Assembly (NCBI RefSeq): GCF_009914755.1
Contig: NC_060926.1
DNA: 64,000 nt
Strand: one strand, 5' to 3'
Source: the human T2T-CHM13v2.0 reference genome, Homo sapiens
Both the position numbers and the translations under genes were made by a program. Positions 57,517 to 64,000 of this stretch are shown piece by piece; positions within the stretch are counted from its first letter, which is position 1, and every line of letters starts with the position of its first letter. The notes below the pieces were generated by a model. That model saw only the letters and a program-made list of their open reading frames with translations, had not been told where the DNA came from and searched no databases.

Positions 57517-58969
57517 ATGTTATCCTTATTTATAGCAACTTATATAATCCTTATTATACAAATAAAGATCAGCCTTAGATGTAACCCTCAAACGTATGTC
57601 CATTCATGGTTGGAACAAATACATTTCATTGTGTAGATCTTTACATGTTTTCATCAGGAATTTTAGAATTTTAATTAAGAGTAAGATTTAAATTCAATAA
57701 CTAAAATAGCGATATTATTTCTGGTTTTCATGATGCTATTTTTAAAATATAAAACACATTTAAATTTATCTAGATTGTTATTTCTTTCCTGTTTATGCAC
57801 CAAGCTCTTCAATTTACGTTTACTTTCCCAAAAAAATTTCAAAATATCTTTAATGATAATTTTGAAATAATAAGACCTTGTTATAAAAATGTTTGGTGTA
57901 TGTATAATATGATAATTGGATCTTCAATTAGATTGATTAGTTCAAAATTAAAATTGTGTCCATTTTCTAAATCGTTACATTTAGAATGACAGCATTCTAC
58001 AACAGTTCTTCCTTGGAATACGTTAAACACTAGACATACATAATTTACATAATGTGATAAGCCATATATAATACATTTATCTTTACTGTCTCAAAAAGAG
58101 AAAAAAGAACTTGGTCATTGCTTCTGGAGGCTGACTTTGTTCTTTGAAAGGTTTCTGGACATTCCTTGTGTAGTGCCTTAAAGGAGATAATCAGGGTCTT
58201 CAAATCAGGCTTTGAAGTATATTTCAGGAAACTCATCTTTCAAATGCTTGAATTGGAAATTTGATTGAACACTAAACTCAACATAGGTCTCCATTTAGCT
58301 TAGTAAAAAACGGCCTTTAAAACTATTCTTGCCTTCACAGCTGCCAGGAATATTTTTCAAAAATATTTATTGACTGTTTTATAAGGTTAATTGAAATGAA
58401 AGACTGGTATCTTTTTTTCTTGAAAAATAGTGGGCATTTGACCTCCACCTGTAAAATAAATAACAGATATCTTATGACTTCTTGATTTATTAGAGAGATG
58501 AAATTTTCTTCCTCTCCATTTTAAAAGATGCTTTTTTTTTTTTCTTTTCTGGAAGACTGAGTTTTGGTCTCTCTTACCTGCTTTGTGCCACTTTGCAAGA
58601 CAATTCTTCTCTTTGCACTAATTGAGTACTGGACTTAGTGGTATCCTTTAGAAAGAAAGTGAATTCTTCTAATGGGGCCAGTGTCTACAATTAGCTTAAG
58701 ACTGTTAGAGAAAGGAACTAAAACATATTTTTCACTGCAATAATGGTTACGCAGACTTTGAAAATTAAGTAGATTCTTCCCAAAACACTAAGCTACTTGG
58801 ACTGACATGACAGAAGCAGACTGATCATTAAATTAAACAAAAGATGAGGTGGGCATCAACACAAGTGGTATTAGGGTAAATATTTGCGCATTGGGGTGGT
58901 TAAAGGAATGTCTTTGCCTTGGAATAGGTCACAGAATGAGGAGAAATTGACACAGTAGAGCATTCCTTC

Positions 58970-59218
58970 TCTTTTTTAAACTTTGATTTTAGGTTTACGG
59001 ATCTATGTGCAGGTTTGTTATATAGGCCAATTCATGTTATGGGGGTTTGTTGTGCAGATTATTTCATCACCTGGGTACCAAGCCTAGTATCCAATAGGTA
59101 TAGTTTCTAATCCTCTTCCACCCCCCACCCTTCACTTTCAAGTAGGTCCCAGAGTCTGTTTTTCCCCTCTCTGTGTCCGTGAATTCTCCTTATTTAGCTC
59201 TTTCATATAAGTGAGAAC
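58970..59218 (-). mobile_element. L1PA-type 3' end, 5'-truncated insertion
   Basis: 'tgtgcaggtttgttatatagg...taagtgagaac'; TSD agagcattccttc (58957-58969) / agagcattctttc (59219-59231). Confidence 0.93.
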
Positions 59219-60784
59219 AGAGCATTCTTTCCATATCACGAATTAAAGCATCACATATTTTCTTTTCTCCTTTTAGTTTTTCATCCTGTCACTTTTTTCA
59301 TCTACTGAGTGACTACTATGATATAGTTACTACACAAGATATTCTCCACATTCTTTCCTTCACATGCTTTATTTTGTTTCCCCCTTGTAATTCTTTTTCT
59401 TTCCCCTCATTCATTGTTCCCTGGTCCTGTGTCATCAAGCAGAGTCTATGCTGGCACCTCATGACAAATGCTGTATAGCAAGTTGTTTGGTCACAGGTAG
59501 TGACAAAACAAAATCTAAAGCACTAAATTGAAACAAAATTCTTGTTATAAAAAGGCAAGAACCCTGCAATTTTACTGAGTTATAACTCTATTTTATATAA
59601 GCAACTAACTGAGTATATTGAGCTACTTTTGTTAGTTTTTCCTTACTTTCCAGCTATATAATATCTTCTTACCCATGGGATAAAATGAAATACAATAGAT
59701 AAAGGAAACAGGGAACAGAACTGTAACTTTTGAATTATTACCATTTGAAATTTTTTTCAGTTATACACTGACTTTTTAATTAAATATTTTATTTCGTGTT
59801 TAATGATTACATTGTGAATTTTTAGATCACTTAAATTGTGTGTTTTAATGAGTTCTAGTCTAATATAGTCAGTGAGGATATGGTTGTTGATATTATTCAG
59901 TATAGATAGCTCAAGTTTTGAAAGGATATTTCTACTCAAACTACTTATAACTATCTACATACAGGAGATGATGCTAGCATTTCTTTTGCAAACAACCAAT
60001 ATGATGTACTTTCCATTCGATATTGGGCTAAATATTTCAAAGTTTTGGGCATAACTTTTCACTTGGCTATGAATTTTTATGTTTTAGACCATAGGAGGTT
60101 GTCCACACTCTCTAATCCCTTCCATGAGAGGTTTGCAGACGGAAACGTGAGGGCTATTAAGCTAAATTATCCATTTTGTTTTTTAGTTTCTGGGTTTTAG
60201 GCATGCAGTATTGAAATGTGAGGAGAAGCTGCAACCCATTATTTTACTTTTGAGTAATCTAGAATGTGTCTTCTTTCCATACAGGAAAGAATGATTTCCC
60301 TGTTACAGCATTCCCTGAAGAAAAACAGAATGGGATGTTCTGACCCAGCTATGTATTTTTTAAAAATAACTGAGTTACTGAGTCACTGCACACTCTACCC
60401 TCTCTGCACAGTTCCAGACTGCTGCCACTCAGAAACCCAGGCCTCTGCACCACTCAAATGGAACACAAGCACTCAGCAATGGCAGGTTGTTGATCCCTAG
60501 CATTCTCTGATATTTTTCTGTTTATTTCTAACCAATCACTCTGGATGGTGCTGTGGAATCACCACTAATCAATGTCCATGAAATGCTAATATGAGAAGGT
60601 GATGTACAAACTGTTTTCATAAATTAACTTATTTAAAGATTGACACATGGTATAAAAAAGAAAGACACATAGAATTAAAAATGATGTAATATTAATTATA
60701 CATACATTGATTATGTATATGCATATATGTGTATGTCTATATGTACCTATATACATATATATGTAAAAAATATGTAAAGACTTT

Positions 60785-61750
60785 CCTGCCTCCCCTCTTG
60801 CCTCTGCCTTCAGTCATTTTCCCCATTATAGCTATAGCAATCTTTCAAAAAACACAAATATCCTATCTCACACCTGTATAAACTAATGGATCCCCATGAC
60901 TTTTAAAATATTGTGCATCTTCCTTATCAAGGATTACAAGATCCTTTGTTACATGGCTCCTTCACAGCTATCCATTCTGAGCAACTGCCACCCGCTTCTC
61001 ACCCTACTCTGTGCACTCCTCAATTCATTTACTCCGAATGTCACGAATATCTTGATCCCTCTCAACCCTCAGCCTTTACGTGAGTCATTCTCTGAGTGAA
61101 GCATCATGTAACTTCTCTTCCTCCAATGTTTGCCCGGCTAAACAGATACATTCTCTTAAAAAAGAGTATATTTAAAGGTATACAATATGCTGTTATAAGA
61201 TACATATGTATATAGTAAAATGGTTACTATTGTGGAGCAAATTAACATATCTATAATCTCTCATAGCTACCTATTTTTCCCTCCTGAAGCAAAGAGCAGT
61301 GGTTATCTACTTATTTAGCAAAAATCCTGAATCCAAAACACTACTATTAACTATAGTCTTCATATGGTATATTAGATCTTTAGACTTATTCATCCTATGT
61401 ATCTGCCACTCTGTATTCTTTGACCATGGCATCCTTGACACATCAGCTTATATGGACAGCATTCCCTGATCGCTTTTATACACCCTCAGATGCACATGGA
61501 AGACATTGAATAGTGCTTCTCCCCTACATGTACTCTCATGATATTCTCTACTACCCCACCAATAGCTCTCATTGCTTCGTGTTATTATTTCCTGTTTACT
61601 CATCTGGATCTCTCACTAGGCTTTTATTATAATGAGGCAGGGAAAGTTTTGACCCCGCTCATCATTGCACATAATGGAAGCAGCATAATGCTATCACATA
61701 GCAGAGTAGAATCAATGTTTGCTAAACAAATAAGTAAATAAGTAAATGAG
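60785..61750 (+). mobile_element. L2 fragment interrupted by an L1MA 3' piece
   Basis: 'gcaatctttcaaaaaacacaaat', 'atggctccttcacagcta', tail 'aatcaatgtttgctaaacaaataagtaaataagtaaatg'. Confidence 0.65.
61165..61426 (-). mobile_element. L1MA-type 3' end fragment
   Basis: 'tatatttaaaggtatacaat...tagtaaaatggttactat...caaattaacatatct...ctattaactatagtc...tagacttattcatcct'. Confidence 0.85.
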
Positions 61751-62884
61751 GTTATAGGTAGGGGTTATTTCTGAGTCATACACTATGTAATTATGAAGAT
61801 TATTTTAAGAACTTCAACAAAATGGTGCTGTTTCCTCAGGCAGGATTTTCAAGAAAGAGAAGCTTACAAGTATAGGAGGATGAGACTACATCCCTAATTT
61901 ATGATTCTAGGGGCAAAGTCCAATTATATGCTAACATCTTCATGTAATTTATATGGTAACTGTCCACCCCTCACTCCAATCCCAACCTTCCACTTTCTTA
62001 CACCACAAGATACACTCTATTTAGGGCTTTATGTTCTAGATATTTTGTGAAAATTTGAGGCATTATTTTTATAATTGCAAAACTAGATAGTAAGCCATTA
62101 TTAGTATTATCAATTAATGAAATCTACAAATAAGCCAACACTGAAGAACTTAATAATGAAAATGTTAATCTACAATTGCCACAAAAGCTGCCTGCAAAAT
62201 TTTCTCCCTCAAATTTTGCTACCAATAACAACATTATGGGAGAAATAACATGGTGTTACAATAAGAAATGTTATAAAATGTCATAGCTCTATAGTTTAGA
62301 CCGTGCTGGGTTGTAAAATGGTACAAGGAATTCTCAAAATTTTTTGCTGCTATAGACTGGGAGCTCTTTGTAAAATTGGTGCTGTTCTATGGATAGATAA
62401 GATCACAGTTTTCTTGTTGGTGTGATGTTTGTATGCTTCTATTTGACATAGATCACTTACATCTATAAATATAATGAATGAATTAGAAACAGAACCAAGA
62501 ACCACATTTAATTTCCAGTTAGATTTGTTTATTAGAATTTTACAGTAATAAGACATTTTTCCTTCAGGATTAGAAATCTGTTATATTTACCTTTGAGATC
62601 TCATAGTGCCACGTATAATTTATTTCTACATAGAGTGTATCACTGTATGTTTGTTGAATTTGGTTGAAATCAAAATACCTATAGAGTGTGTAAAAGAATT
62701 AAATGTATTTTGGCAGAGATTTTCAGTGTTTAAACATATATTTACCACCAACATATTAAAAATTATGACCTATATGGTCTGTATGATCCAGTAATTAAAA
62801 TATAGGAATGTGTTATCTAAAACAATGTACATATCTGGAGGATGCATAAACATAATTTAGTTGCTTCCACAAAGTAAAAAGGGC

Positions 62885-63120
62885 AAGTGTATTGTAGTAA
62901 TTCAGAATATGGGTGTTGGATTCCAATGACCTGGGTTCTAATCCCAGCTCTGCCACTTAATAGGCAACTTTATTTTCAAAAGCATCAGCGAGTTCATCCA
63001 AAATAAGAGTAATACAAATGCCAACCCCGTAAGTATGTTCTAAATATAAATATCACAAATGCAAAGTATTTGGCACAGAGCTTGGCTCAGTAAGTACTAA
63101 CAAAGATTTGCTGTTGTTAG
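62885..63120 (+). mobile_element. MIR SINE
   Basis: 'gacctgggttctaatcccagctctgccacttaa...gcacagagcttggctcagtaagtact'. Confidence 0.85.
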
Positions 63121-63882
63121 ATACACTTGCATTATCTCTTTCTTTCTCAACCTGTAGAAGGGAAGCTGTTGGTAAATAGGAAAAGCAATATAAAATTACT
63201 CTGCAGCATGTTATATAATTTTGAGTGAGCATGTGTCCTTATTTACAAATTAATAACAGAAAGTTTGAAGCCCCAGCAAGGAGATCTAGAATAAATCACT
63301 TAAATTTTATAAATTCGTACCTATAAATTGAGAAAAACAATAGCTACTTTGGTTAGCTTAAGTAATTGCCATCAAAAGGAATTTTAAAATATAAAACATT
63401 AAACAAATGAAATGGACACAAAACATGCTCTTGACTGTGACAGTTTGCACATAGTGACTTTCAATTTTAAATTGTTCACAGACATCACAGGATATTAAAA
63501 ATATGGATGGCAAGAGCCAGATAAGTGGAAAATTAGTTCTGGAAATAATGTTTGTTCAGGTTGTTAGAGCAAGTCCATTTTTTTCCCTCAGGCAGATATT
63601 TTGAAGGTTGTGCTGGCTTCATTTTCTAAAGAGAAGGGAAAAGAACAGAAAGTTAATCATCTCTGTTCATGTGTCATGTACCTGAGAAGCTGCTCAATAA
63701 ATATTAATTGATGAAGATGATATTGTAAGGACGATGTTTTGTGAAATTGATTCATAAAAGTCAGCCTTCGGCGACTCTACCAATGTGATTGGGTGTGTCC
63801 GGCATGTTTTATTTAACTCTTTTTGTAAGAAGATCATGTTAAATTAAACACGTTTGATTGGGATCCTGAGCCTAGGTATTTC

Positions 63883-63934
63883 TTTCCTTCCTTCCTTCCT
63901 TCCTTCCTTCCTTCCTTCCTTCCTTCCTTCCTTC
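63883..63934. repeat. (TTCC)n tetranucleotide microsatellite
   Basis: About 12 consecutive ttcc units. Confidence 0.98.
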
Positions 63935-64000
63935 CCCCATCCCACTTTATTTCTCTCTCTTTTCCTTTTTAACTTTTTTGTATCCCTACATTGCTTGTTT

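Overview
AT-rich, CpG-depleted primate genomic DNA, most likely human or another catarrhine given the AluY-type elements. I find no protein-coding gene, CpG island or intact RNA gene. The recognisable ORFs in the track are decayed LINE-1 ORF1/ORF2 pieces or read-through of Alu, LTR and microsatellite sequence. Roughly half or more of the window is transposon-derived: a near full-length dead L1MA/L1M1-type element (~14641-22818, +), an internally deleted copy of the same family with a perfect 16-bp TSD (46012-49741, -), the 5' half of an L1PB-type element, older L1M/HAL1/L2/MIR relics, eight Alus, MaLR and ERVL solo LTRs (THE1, MLT1, MLT2), a MADE1 and a MER63-like DNA transposon. I did not find evidence for a new biological system. 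The most notable items are a tailless 43-nt 5S rRNA retrocopy inside L1 ORF2, a ~160-bp non-transposon duplication with an unusually conserved 54-bp core, and several fold-back or templated-insertion scars. Repeat subfamily names come from recalled consensus motifs, not a database search, and the boundaries of old repeats are approximate.
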